Shown piece by piece: positions 1 through 12,945 of a DNA stretch of 64,000 bases (position 1 is its first letter; each line of letters opens with the position of its first letter). The notes under the pieces are model-generated. The model worked only from the letters and a program-made list of their open reading frames with translations. It searched no databases and was not told where the DNA came from. A program made the translations under genes and the position numbers. Source of the stretch: Macrostomum hystrix (taxonomy: Eukaryota > Animalia > Platyhelminthes); the NCBI GenBank assembly GCA_950097015.1, contig CATNEN010000001.1, forward strand, positions 25,978,001-26,042,000, written 5' to 3'.

Positions 1-611
1 CTGACACCCAAATTTCTACCTATACGGTCCAGACTCCATTTGTGAACAAAAAGCAACAACACAGGCAACAGAAAATGCAGGTAAAAGTGCCTACTGGGAC
101 AGTAATAATTAAATAGTTTAGGACAGCTTGAGCAGACAACCTCGCAAGGCAGAGTAGGTCTTTGCGTTGGAAGTTGCAGTTGTCAACGGTCGAAGAATTT
201 CTGAAGAATGTCGCTGCATTTCTTAAGCCTCCGTGGGATTTCACTCTTTGGGGATCAGTGATTTGAAATGCGAAAGATAGGCAGAGACAGACCGCGAGTT
301 TAAGTCTGCTTTTTTAACGGCAAAGAAAATAGAGAAAGAGAAGGATTGTGCATTTGAAGTGGTTGAGACGCAACTCACAGAAAAAGGTGGGCTGAAATCA
401 AGAGCCTAAATCAATCCGTGTGGGATACGGATTGGAGCCAATCTCTGCTGACCGATCGATACTGGAGGCCACTGGAGGCCAAAGCTTTTACAAAGCAATA
501 AAGCAACCCCCGGATTGCTTGAAACAACATTAGAGGATTTTCTGTTACTAGTGTGAATTAAATATGAACAGACACTTTATGCCCGTTTTAGTCTAAAAAT
601 TTATGATGTTT

Positions 612-812
612 GAGTCATTCGTGTGCTCATTGAGATTGGAGTCATTCGTGTGCTCATTGAGATTCCGAGTCATTCGTGTGCTCATTGAGATTTTGAGTCA
701 TTCGTGTGTTCATTAAGATTCCGAGTCATTCGTGTGCTCATTGAGATTCCGAGTCATTCGTGTGCTCATTGAGATTGGAGTCATTGGTGTGCACATTAAG
801 ATTTTAAGTCAC
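612..812. repeat. Minisatellite, ~28-bp unit GAGTCATTCGTGTGCTCATTGAGATTCC, ~7 copies
   Basis: Direct tandem repeats visible in the sequence. Confidence 0.9.
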
Positions 813-1100
813 TCAATAAAAATAAAAAACTAACAACAAAAACTGTCAAACTACAACAAGAGAAAAAATGATAAAATATTGCGCATTGTGGGGCACAAAC
901 TTCTCTTCCGAGCTTGCTCATAAGCAGCAGCAGCAGCGCCGGCTGGTTCAATGGCAGCAGACGTTTGTGCAGTCGCTCTCGACACTCCGATCTGGCTAAG
1001 ATCGCCTGCAGGAACAAGGGCACAATGCGGCGAAAAACTACTTTCGGGGCAATTTCAAAAAGATTTCAGTTACCCATCGGAACGAAAACTAGACGGATGG

Positions 1101-2328
1101 GGTGAGAAACCAGCTGAAGATTGGAGGAAGGAGGTGAGAAACCAGCTGAAGATTGGAGGAAGGAGGTGAGAAACCAGCTGAAGATTGGAGGAAGGAGGTG
1201 AGAAACCAGCTGAAGATTGGAGGAAGGAGGTGAGAAACCAGCTGAAGATTGGAGGAAGGAGATTAGAACACACCTGAAGATTGGAGGAAGGAGGTTAGAA
1301 CTCACCTGAAGATTGGAGGAAGGAGGTTAGAACTCACCTGAAGATTGGAGGAAGGAGGTTAGAACACACCTGAAGATCGGAGGAAGGAGGTTAGAACTCA
1401 CCTGAAGATTGGAGGAAGGAGGTTAGAACTCACCTGAAGATTGGAGGAAGGAGGTGAGAACCCACCTGAAGATTGGAGGAAGGAGGTTAGAACACACCTG
1501 AAGATCGGAGGAAGGAGGTTAGAACACACCTGAAGATCGGAGGAAGGAGGTTAGAACCCACCTGAAAATTGGAGGAAGGAGGTAAGAACCCACCTGAAGA
1601 TCGGAGGAAGGAGGTTAGAACTCACCTGAAGATTGGAGGAAGGAGGTTAGAACTCACCTGAAGATTGGAGGAAGGAGGTTAGAACCCACCTGAAGATTGG
1701 AGGAAGGAGGTTAGAACTCACCTGAAGATTGGAGGAAGGAGGTTAGAACCCACCTGAAGATTGGAGGAAGGAGGTGAGAACCCACCTGAAGATTGGAGGA
1801 AGGAGGTTAGAACCCACCTGAAGATTGGAGGAAGGAGGTGAGAACCCACCTGAAGATTGGAGGAAGGAGGTGAGAACCTGCCTGAAGATTGGAGGAAGGA
1901 GGTTAGAACTCACCTGAAGATTGGAGGAAGGAGGTTAGAACACACCTGAAGATTGGAGGAAGGAGGTGAGAACTCACCTGAAGATTGTAGGAAGGAGGTG
2001 AGAACCTGCCTGAAGATTGGAGGAAGGAGGTTAGAACTCACCTGAAGATTGGAGGAAGGAGGTTAGAACACACCTGAAGATTGGAGGAAGGAGGTGAGAA
2101 CCCGCCTGAAGATTGTAGGAAGGAGGTGAGAACCTGCCTGAAGATTGGAGGAAGGAGGTTAGAACTCACCTGAAGATTGGAGGAAGGAGGTTAGAACACA
2201 CCTGAAGATTGGAGGAAGGAGGTGAGAACTCACCTGAAGATTGTAGGAAGGAGGTTAGAACCTACCTGAAGATTGGAGGAAGGAGGTTAGAACACACCTG
2301 AAGATTGGAGGAAGGAGGTTAGAACCCA
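1101..2328. repeat. Minisatellite, 32-bp unit GAAGATTGGAGGAAGGAGGTTAGAACTCACCT, ~38 copies
   Basis: Tandem repeats; variation confined mostly to the 3' part of the unit. Confidence 0.97.
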
Positions 2329-2769
2329 TGAGGGAATAATTGAGTCGAGAAGCCACTTTTAGAATGGTTTAAAAACCTGAATTAGGCATTCAGTACAGCG
2401 GAGGAAATCTAGCAATATAAAAGCATGCAAACTGATCACCCAAGCAAATGAATTCCTTCTCTGAATGCAGAAAATACCAATAAAGCATAGATTGACTGAT
2501 ATTTGAGCACAAATGCACAAAAGCAAAGCTAAAAATACATTACAACTGTCGCTTTGCCCTGGCTAGTGTAGAAATTTCCGGGGGAATGAACCAGCGAGCG
2601 ATATCGAACCCTATATGGCCTCGCTGACTGAGCATGAAACAATCGCTGACTGGTGTTCCCACCAGTGCCGCTTGCTGTTAAAGAGGCCAGCCGATACCAG
2701 TATTTCTAGGGACAATAAAAATAGCAACAGTTGGTTATTTAGGAGAGCTACAGCAGGGCTGAATACAAG

Positions 2770-2843
2770 GGCCGAGTAGCTCAGTTGGTTAGAGCGTCGT
2801 GCTGATAACGCGAAGGTCGAGGGTTCGACCCCCTCCCCGGCCA
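2770..2843 (+). tRNA. tRNA-Ile, anticodon GAT (2804-2806)
   Basis: Cloverleaf: acceptor stem GGCCGAG/CCCGGCC (one A-C mismatch), D-stem GCTC/GAGC, anticodon stem TCGTG/CGCGA with loop CT-GAT-AA, T-arm GAGGG-TTCGACC-CCCTC, discriminator A. A and B boxes intact. Body resembles eukaryotic tRNA-Ile(AAT). Confidence 0.93.
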
Positions 2844-2846
2844 GGA

Positions 2847-2852
2847 TTTTTT
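2847..2852 (+). terminator. RNA polymerase III terminator (T6) of the tRNA-Ile gene
   Basis: TTTTTT three bases after the discriminator base. Confidence 0.8.
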
Positions 2853-3137
2853 GCGATTCGGAGCTCTTAAACTTATAGTACTATATAAACAAATGCTACT
2901 TTTGCCCAAAAACAACGGGCAAAAAAAGCTAGTAGTACTATAAAACAGATTTTCTCACCATCCTCATCGATAATGTCCTCTTCCAGTCTGTAACGATTCC
3001 TAGCCATCTAGAATTGTTGCTAGCAGGCTATACGAAATCACCACCTGCTGACACTGAGACGCAGCTGCTGGGAGGCCGCTGTGACTGCCACCGACTGGAA
3101 GTTTTGAGAAGAAAAAACTGTTAAAATGATACCCTTT

Positions 3138-5329
3138 CCCTGACTGACTGACTGACACACTAATCCCTGACTGCCTCAATAATCCCTGACTGACTGGCTG
3201 ACCCAATAATCCCTGACTGACTGACTGACACACTAATCCCTGACTGACTGACTGACACACTAATCCCTGACTGCCTCAATAATCCCTGACTGACTGGCTG
3301 ACACACTAATCCCTGACTGCCTCAATAATCACTGACTGACTGGCTGACCCAATAATCCCTGACTGACTGACGCACTAATCCCTGACTGACTGACTGACGC
3401 ACTAATCCCTGACTGGCTGACACACTAATCCCTGACTGACTGACACACTAATTCCTGACTGGCTGACACACTCTAATCCCTGACTGACTGACGCACTAAT
3501 CCCTGACTGACTGACTGACGCACTAATCCCTGACTGACTGACACTCTAATCCCTGACTGACTGACACTCTATTCCCTGACTGACTGACTGACGCACTAAT
3601 CCCTGACTGGCTGACACACTCTAATCCCTGACTGAATGACGCACTAATCCCTGACTGACTGACTGACGCACTAATCCCTGACTGACTGACACTCTAATCC
3701 CTGACTGACTGACACTCTATTCCCTGACTGACTGACACTCTAATCCCTGACTGAATGACGCACTAATCCCTGACTGACTGACTGACGCACTAATCCCTGA
3801 CTGACTGACACTCTAATCCCTGACTGACTGACACTCTATTCCCTGACTGACTGACACACTAATACCTGACTGACTGACACACAAATACCTGACTGACTGA
3901 CACACAAATACCTGACTGACTGACTGACGCACTAATCCCTGACTGACTGACTGACGCACTAATCCCTGACTGACTGACACTCTAATCCCTGACTGACTGA
4001 CACTCTATTCCCTGACTGACAGACTGACGCACTAATCCCTGACTGGCTGACACACTCTAATCCCTGACTGAATGACGCACTAATCCCTGACTGACTGACT
4101 GACGCACTAATCCCTGACTGACTGACACTCTAATCCCTGACTGACTGACACTCTATTCCCTGACTGACTGACACACTAATACCTGACTGACTGACACACA
4201 AATACCTGACTGACTGACACACAAATACCTGACTGACTGACACACTAATCCTGAGACAATTCCGACTGACACACTAATCCTGACACAATGCCGACTGACA
4301 CACTAATCCTGACACAATGCCGACTGACACACTAATCCTGACACAATCCCGACTGACACACTAATCCCTGACTGACTGACACACAAATACCTGACTGACT
4401 GACACACAAATACCTGACTGACTGACACACTAATACCTGACTGACTGACACACAAGTACCTGACTGACTGACACACAAATACCTGACTGACTGACACACT
4501 AATCCCTGACTGACTGACACACTAATACCTGACTGACTGACACACTAATACCTGACTGACTGACACACAAATACCTGACTGACTGACACACTAATCCTGA
4601 GACAATTCCGACTGACACACTAATCCTGACACAATCCCGACTGACAAACTAATCCTGACACAATCCCGACTGACAAACTAATCCTGACACAATCCCGACT
4701 GACAAACTAATCCTGACACAATCCCGACTGACACACTAATCCCTGACTGACTGACACACAAATACCTGACTGACTGACACACAAGTACCTGACTGACTGA
4801 CACACAAATACCTGACTGACTGACACACAAATACCTGACTGACTGACACACTAATACCTGACTGACTGACACACTAATACCTGACTGACTGACACACAAA
4901 TACCTGACTGACTGACACACTAATCCTGAGACAATTCCGACTGACACACTAATCCTGACACAATCCCGACTGACAAACTAATCCTGACACAATCCCGACT
5001 GACAAACTAATCCTGACACAATCCCGACTGACAAACTAATCCTGACACAATCCCGACTGACACACTAATCCCTGACTGACTGACACACAAATACCTGACT
5101 GACTGACACACAAGTACCTGACTGACTGACACACAAATACCTGACTGACTGACACACTAATCCTGACACAATGCCGACTGACACACTAATCCTGACACAA
5201 TGCCGACTGACACACTAATCCTGACACAATGCCGACTGACACACTAATCCTGACACAATGCCGACTGACACACTAATCCTGACACAATGCCGACTGACAC
5301 ACTAATCCTGACACAATCTCGACTGACAC
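3138..5329. repeat. Composite (GACT)n-rich minisatellite, ~23-27-bp units such as CACTAATCCCTGACTGACTGACA
   Basis: Tandem units drifting through several variants (TAATCCCTGACT, AAATACCTGACT, TAATCCTGACACAATGCCGACT). Confidence 0.95.
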
Positions 5330-6188
5330 AGTTTAACTTTTAACACAAATTCCTGACTGGCTAAGATGTGAAAAATCAAAGAATTAAGCCAGGCACGCAG
5401 TGATATCAAATTTGAAACCAAGCAAAAATCAGTACCACAACAGCGTTGAAAGCTGATGGGGGGTTTGAGCACAAACTGTCTCTGTCTCTCTGATTACTCT
5501 TTCTCTGACTTTAGCGCTTATGTTGATGTGTTTTATTGTGTTTCTACAAACAGATATTTCTTGTATAAAAAAACTGAAAAACAGCTCAGTACAAGGAGAC
5601 ATGTACCTGTGGGTTGATTGCTTCCGCAAGTAACAAGTGAATAGTTTGACAAAAAAATGTTAAGGCCCTAGGAAATTACAAAAAATTGTAACAAAGAGAA
5701 AAAAAGAATTGGAAAAAAGAAACCACTATTATTTAAACGGCTACTAGGCACAATTTGCGATACATACTACTATAAGGCCAGTGAGTGTAAGTAGTATGCA
5801 AAACATTGTGGCTGTGTACAAAGCTCAGATTACAGAACTTCGGATAGGGTAATTGGGGTAAGGCTAGGGAGCGAATAGACACAATTTAACATTGATGCAC
5901 CAAGTCTTTTAAAGAGCAAATAAAGTTCATTTAGACACAATCGATTGGCCAATACAACTGCTTCAATTCCTAACTAGAACAGGTTTAAGTAAATCAATTG
6001 CTTGGGCTAGAGAATATTTCATGTTAAACGTTTTAACATCCTTTATTAGCACAGGCACTGTACAAGCCTTTCAATCCCAAACTGACAACAAAACAGCACA
6101 AAATAATCAACTGGTTCGTCTATACATTAAACTGACTTGACTGGACCTTATGGACAGGACTAAATTGGACTCTTAGTTGAAATGTTAT

Positions 6189-8136
6189 AGTGGGATGAAG
6201 AATTTGAGCATAGGGATTCCATTTTGGATGGTGGGATGAAGAGTTGGAGTATAGGGATTCCATTTTAGATGGTGGGATAAAGAGTTTGAGTATAGGGATT
6301 CCATTTTGGATGGTGGGATAAAGAGTTTGAGTATAGGGATTCTAATTTGGATGGTGGGATAAAGAATTGGAGTATAGGGATTCCAATTTGGATGGTGGGA
6401 TGAAGAATTTGAGTATAGGGATTCCATTTTGGATGGTGGGATAAAGAATTTGAGTATAGGGATTCCATTTTGGATGGTGGGATGAAGAGTTGGAGTATAG
6501 GGATTCCATTTTAGATGGTGGGATAAAGAGTTTGAGTATAGGGATTCCATTTTGGATGGTGGGATAAAGAATTTGAGTATAGGGATTCCATTTTGGATGG
6601 TGGGATGAAGAATTTGAGTATAGGGATTCCATTTTGGATGGTGGGATGAAGAATTTGAGTATAGGGATTCCATTTTGGATGGTGGGATGAAGAATTTGAG
6701 TATAGGGATTTCATTTTGGATGGTGGGATAAAGAGTTGGAGTATAGGGATTTCATTTTGGATGGTGGGATAAAGAGTTGAGTATAGGGATTCCATTTTGG
6801 ATGGTGGGATGAAGAATTTGAGTATAGGGATTCCATTTTGGATGGTGGGATGAAGAATTTGAGTACAGGGATTCCATTTTGGATGGTGGGATAAAGAGTT
6901 GGAGTACAGGGATTCCATTTTGGATAGTGGGATTAAGAGTTGGAGTACAGGGATTCCATTTTGGATAGTGGGATAAAGAGTTGGAGTACAGGGATTCCAT
7001 TTTGGATGGTGGGATGAAGAATTTGAGTATAGGGATTCAATTTTGGATAGTGGGATAAAGAGTTGAGTATAGGGATTCCATTTTGGATGGTGGGATGAAG
7101 AATTTGAGTATAGGGATTCAATTTTGGATAGTGGGATAAAGAGTTGAGTACAGGGATTCCATTTTGGATAGTGGGATTAAGAGTTGGAGTACAGGGATTC
7201 AATTTTGGATAGTGGGATAAAGAGTTGAGTACAGGGATTCCATTTTGGATGGTGGGATGAAGAATTTGAGTATAGGGATTCCATTTTGGATAGTGGGATA
7301 AAGAGTTGAGTATAGGGATTCCATTTTGGATGGTGGGATGAAGAATTTGAGTATAGGGATTCAATTTTGGATAGTGGGATAAAGAGTTGAGTACAGGGAT
7401 TCCATTTTGGATGGTGGGATGAAGAATTTGAGTATAGGGATTCAATTTTGGATAGTGGGATAAAGAGTTGAGTATAGGGATTCCATTTTGGATGGTGGGA
7501 TGAAGAATTTGAGTATTGGAATTCCATTTTGGATGGTGGGATGAAGAATTTGAGTATAGGGATTCCATTTTGGATAGTGGGATTAAGAGTTGGAGTACAG
7601 GGATTCCATTTTGGATGGTGGGATGAAGAATTTGAGTATAGGGATTCAATTTTGGATAGTGGGATAAAGAGTTGAGTATAGGGATTCCATTTTGGATGGT
7701 GGGATGAAGAATTTGAGTATAGGGGTTCCATTTTGGATAGTGGGATGAAGAATTTGAGTATAGGGATTCCATTTTGGATGGTGGGATAAAGAGTTGGAGT
7801 ACAGGGATTCCATTTTGGATAGTGGGATTAAGAGTTGGAGTATAGGGATTCCATTTTGGATGGTGGGATAAGGAGTTGGAGTACAGGGATTCAATTTTGG
7901 ATGGTGGGATAAAGAGTTTGAGTATAGGGATTCCATTTTGGATGGTGGGATAAAGAGTTGGAGTATAGGGATTCCATTTTGGATGGTGGGATAAAGAGTT
8001 GGAGTACAGGGATTCCATTTTGGATAGTGGGATTAAGAGTTGGAGTATAGGGATTCCATTTTGGATGGTGGGATAAGGAGTTGGAGTACAGGGATTCAAT
8101 TTTGGATGGTGGGATAAATAGTTGAGTATAGGGATT
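6189..8136. repeat. Minisatellite, 40-41-bp unit GTATAGGGATTCCATTTTGGATGGTGGGATGAAGAATTTGA, ~48 copies
   Basis: Tandem repeats; the unit looks like a dimer of ~20-bp GGGAT-containing halves. Confidence 0.97.
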
Positions 8137-9739
8137 GCATCTTAGACAAAAAGGGCAAATGGATTTTGGTATACAATCAGGGACAAATGCATTTTGATTT
8201 CAAAATTGGGAATCGACTAAATTCAGAGTGCATAGATTAATATTTATTTTTTGTTTTCTATCTGTCTTTGCATCAAAGTCGAAACTACAAGAATTGATTA
8301 GGCTATTGAAAATATTTAAGGCATCAGTAGCACTAGCATTGCCATATGGTGTTATTATTGAAAAGCTATATTTCTAACTCATTTGCTGAGTGAAGCTATA
8401 AGAATGCACTGGTTAAGATCCTCTTGGTTGAAATTCTACACTGGGTGGGCGAGACCGTGTATTTTGCATTATCTGTGCTGTCTGCTGTTTCTCACAGTTG
8501 TAACAATAAAACAATAATAATAATTATAGTAATAATAGTAACAGAAACAATTTAGCTTTACAGGCACGATATTACTAGCAGTAAACTATTCCAGCAAGCA
8601 TTAGTAAACACAAATAAATAATTGAAACCAACAATAGAAGCAGAGTTGCAATTCTTATTTACAGAAGACAGACAAAAACTGATATAAGAGACAAAGCGGA
8701 TGCACTTATTTCACTGACAATGGACGCAGCTCTGGCTAGGTTTAACAAAAAACACACACCGAATAGGACAACAGTTCACGAGAATCCCTGTTTATATTTA
8801 GGATAAATTTGTGTGTGCGTGTGTGTGTGTTGAAGTGCACTTAAAATATCGATTCATAAAATTTGCAATGCTTTGTTTGCCGGCCTTTGATTAATTATTT
8901 AAAAAAATATTAGGCAAAGAAGTTAGCGTTAAAAGGGTGCTTATCAGACTACTGACGAGCAGTGACGACAGGGGGAGACGAAAAGAGAAGCTCATGGTAG
9001 CAACCAGATCATGGTATTTCAGTGATCATCGAGTTCCGCTTGCAATTTACTAATTTAAGCTCGCAAAAAGAGAGAGAGACAGGTAGACAAACTGATAGAC
9101 AAAAACACAAAAAACTACCTTCAGAAGTAAGAGATTAATGGCGCGAGAGCAGGAGCTAAGGGGATTCCACCTGGCCTCCTGGTACACGCACTTATTTATT
9201 AAAAATTAAACATGATAATAATAATAAGCTCGTTTCGGAAATTCACAAAAAACTGATACAATTATGGGTGTATGGGGAAGAATAAGTGGCCCTTTATATA
9301 TTTCACAGTGCTTAGAGCATGGGCAATAACACCTACACTGTAAAACTGCAGTTCGCATAGCTCAGGAAACACAGAAGCTCATAGTTTAGGTTAAAACAGA
9401 AAGAAACATTTTCAGTTTTCTTTTGTAAAATGGTTGCATAAAATCAAAAAGTACACGCCAAACACTTTACAAAACCAAGGCTTGCGCGAACGAAATATCA
9501 GATGGTAAAATGGGATTTTAACGACAAAAAACGCTAAAAAAAATAACGGACCAAACTGGCCAAGAAATTAACGGAAATCGACACGGCCAAGAAACATTTC
9601 AAGGAGAGACGCTCCTGCGGACGCCTAGCAACCACATTTTTGTTTACCTTAGTTACCGACCGAAATAAAAAACGGAAAAGCTAGTGGGAAAACTTGATGT
9701 TCATTTGGGCACTGACGGGGAGCGAACAACTGCTCGGCA

Positions 9740-10935
9740 TCATCGCCGCTCTGACAAGGTCGGCGATAGCGAAGGAGGCTGCGGCGAGCTCTGCTGTACG
9801 GTGGCCTCAAGCTTGATGTCTGGCTTCATGTCTTCGTCAGCTTCCAGACGCCGATGGACGGCCAGCTCATCTTCCTCTTCTTCGTCGTCAACGATGCCAG
9901 CCTCCGCTGCCGCAGTTGCCGCCGCGGCAGCTTCGGCCGCTTCGCGACTCTCGCTGTTGCAGTCCTCGAAGTCTTCTTCCTCTTCGTCATCATCGTCGTC
10001 CTCTTCATCATTTTCATCGTCTTCGGTGTCGTCAGCGTCGGCATGCTCGTCATCAGCGGACGGACAGAACTTTTTCCTCGGCGGCTGGTGCTGCAGGTGC
10101 TCAAAGTCCTGACGCTGATTCTGCTGGTGAAGCTGGAGGAAATGCTGCTGCTGGTGCTGCTGCTGGTGCATCTGCTGCATGAGGACGGCAGCGCCAAAGC
10201 CAGCTACGGTATTGGCCATAGACGCTGCCCCAGCTGGCCCGTCGTCGCTATCGGAGCAGGCGAATTTCACGCACTTCTTCTTCCGCTTGCACGGCTTGCA
10301 CCACAACTCCTGCCGGTCCAGGCCATAGACAGCGCGGCACTTCTTGGCCGAGTTGCCCAGGTTCTTGGCCTCGCCGTCTAGGCCGAGCCCGAGCTTCTTT
10401 TTCTTCTTCTTGCGCGAAGCTCCGCCGTAGTTCTCCCTGGCTGACCAGTTGGGGTAGAGCTTGGAGTGCAGCTCCTTCTCCTTGCGGGCCAGCTCGTAGT
10501 ACTTGGCCTGCTCCTCGCGGCTCAGCGAGTGCCACTTGCGGCCCAGGATCTGGTTGATGGCGGCCGACTCCTTCAGGGTGCACTCGGACACCACGATGGG
10601 GCGCTGCTCCTTCATGAATATCATGAAGGCATTCAGCGGCTTCTTAACGTGATTGGCTGGCTTGCTGTTGCTGCCGCCACCGCTGCCAACGTTGCCGCTG
10701 CTGCTGTTGCTGTTGTTAGCGGAAGCCGCGGCGTTGGAAGAGCGGGCTCCACCAGATGCCCGATGATGGGTTCCGCCCGACGATGCCGACATCATCCTGC
10801 CGACCGGCGTGGACAGGAGGTGCTGCTGATGGACAGTCTGGCTGTGCTGCTGCTGCTGCTGCTGCTGTCTGTGGGAGCCGTTGGTTAGCGCAACTGAGCT
10901 AGATCGCTGATGCTGCTGATGCTGATACAAGTGAC
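9740..10935 (-). CDS. TCF: TCF/LEF transcription factor, last coding exon (HMG box, basic tail, C-clamp, acidic C-terminus)
   Basis: HMG box [75 protein letters not shown] (from ~10651); basic tail RKKKKKK; C-clamp [25 protein letters not shown] (10345-10271); acceptor TTTTTTCAATTTCCACAG| before 10935, phase 1. Confidence 0.96.
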
Positions 10936-11965
10936 CTGTGGAAATTGAAAAAATCGGTTAAATCATTGTGAAATTATCCATTGATAATGTGAATAATTCT
11001 ACTATTTAATTGAGCGATAAGATAAGAGGCGTGACGGGACAAAACCAGGCACTTTAGAGTTAAAACCCCATATTTTTAATCTTGAAAATTCCACTTGAGC
11101 AAAGAGAAAAAGGAAACTTACAAACGATAGCAATTCAAGCTAAGGACCTGTTGTCACTAAGCTGTCAAATTGTGTACAGCTTATAATGATGGTTAATGAC
11201 TGATGCATTCACAATGGAGCATATACAATGTTCTCCAAGCGTGACCTAATTTAAAAAACAACTTCGCTGCGCTTGTTAAAAGCCGATTTTCCCAGATAGG
11301 CGAGAAAGGCACGCAACCCAGCAACATATTTTTATAGACAATCAAATAAGATTCTTAGCAACAACAGGCACACTTGTTGTCGCAGTTATAACTATCTATC
11401 TAGCTATCTAATCTATCTAGATAGACTCATCGTCATATTCGAGTGTTAGACAACTGGAGAATGTTGAAACACGCGATTTACTCGTAGCTCGCTGGTACCA
11501 AATTAAAAAAACAAAAGAACTCGATCGCCTCATCGCGCACAAAGACCCACGCAAACCAAGACTATGCGCACGAAAAATTACTGAGTGTGGGAAAGTCGAA
11601 AAGTCGATTTTTGTTAGGAAATCAGATTGTAGATTTCAGCGTTCGATAAGGATCACTTTTCTTCCCTAATTCTGAAATCATAGTTTTTTACGTTGAATAT
11701 CTAAGGATATCTTATAACAGGCAACGCAACGCGAGGGCAACATATACACATGCTGTGCCACTTTTATCGATTCAACACTACTAGTGCTGCTGCTGCGGAG
11801 GATGAATATGATGATGATAATGACGCTGATGAAACGCACACCTTCTATTAATTATTTTCGTGCGACTAGTTTTAACAACGTATCATCCAGCAAAGAATAT
11901 TTAGACTTCGGAGTTTAACATTGCCTTTAGCGCTTTTCACGTATGCGAAAGGAAAATGAGGGAAA

Positions 11966-12945
11966 AGAGGAAGAAGAGGGAGAAGAGGGAGAATAGGGGG
12001 AAGAGGGGGAAGAGGGAGAAGAGGGAGAAGAGGGAGAAGAGGGAGAAGAGGAAGAAGAGGGAGAATAGGGAGAAGAGGGAGAAGAGGGAGAAGAGGAAGT
12101 AGAGGGAGAAGAGGGATAAGAGGGAGAAGAGGGAGAAGAGGGAGAAGAGGGAGAAGAGGGAGAAGAGGGAGAAGAGGAAGAAGAGGGAGAATAGGGAGAA
12201 GAGGGAGAAGAGGGAGAAGAGGGAGAAGAGGGGGAAGAGGGAGAAGAGGGAGAATAGGGAGAAGAGGAAGAAGAGGGAGAAGAGGAAGTAGAGGGAGAAG
12301 AGGGATAAGAGGGAGAAGAGGGAGAAGAGGAAGAATAGGGAGAAGAGGGAGAAGAGGGAGAAGAGGGAGAAGAGGAAGAAGAGGGAGAAGAGGGAGAAGA
12401 GGGAGAAGAGGAAGAAGAGGGAGAAGAGGAAGAAGAGGGAGAAGAGGGAGAAGAGGGAGAAGAGGGAGAAGAGGGGGAAGAGGGAGAAGAGAAAGAAGAG
12501 GGAGAAGAGGAAGAAGAGGGAGAAGAGGGAGAAGAGGGAGAAGAGGGGGAAGAGGGAGAAGAGGGAGAATAGGGAGAAGAGGGAGAAGAGGGAGAAGAGG
12601 AAGTAGAGGGAGAAGAGGGATAAGAGGGAGAAGAGGGAGAAGAGGAAGAATAGGGAGAAGAGGAAGAAGAGGGAGAAGAGGGAGAAGAGGGAGAAGAGGA
12701 AGAAGAGGGAGAAGAGGGAGAAGAGGGAGAAGAGAAAGAAGAGGGAGAAGAGGGAGAAGAGGGAGAAGAGGGAGAAGAGGGAGAAGAGGGAGAAGAGGGA
12801 GAAGAGGGGGAAGAGGGAGAAGAGAAAGAAGAGGGAGAAGAGGAAGAAGAGGGAGAAGAGGGAGAAGAGGGAGAAGAGAAAGAAGAGGGAGAAGAGGGAG
12901 AAGAGGGAGAAGAGGGAGAAGAGGGAGAAGAGGAAGAAGAGGGAG
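11966..12945. repeat. ~1-kb almost pure polypurine array, 9-bp unit GAGGGAGAA
   Basis: Tandem 9-mers within the TCF intron. Confidence 0.97.

Noticed and set aside
1101-2328. Possible CRISPR array (32-bp periodicity), also considered for other 24-45-bp arrays
   Set aside because: Units are directly adjacent with no unique spacers, there are no cas genes, and the context is eukaryotic.
6185-8099. Long ORFs (MESLYSNS... repeats, up to 388 aa)
   Set aside because: Translations of a 40-41-bp minisatellite that cycle through frames; no coding signal.
9684-10888. Plus-strand and alternate-frame ORFs over the TCF HMG exon
   Set aside because: Shadow ORFs of a GC-rich coding exon.
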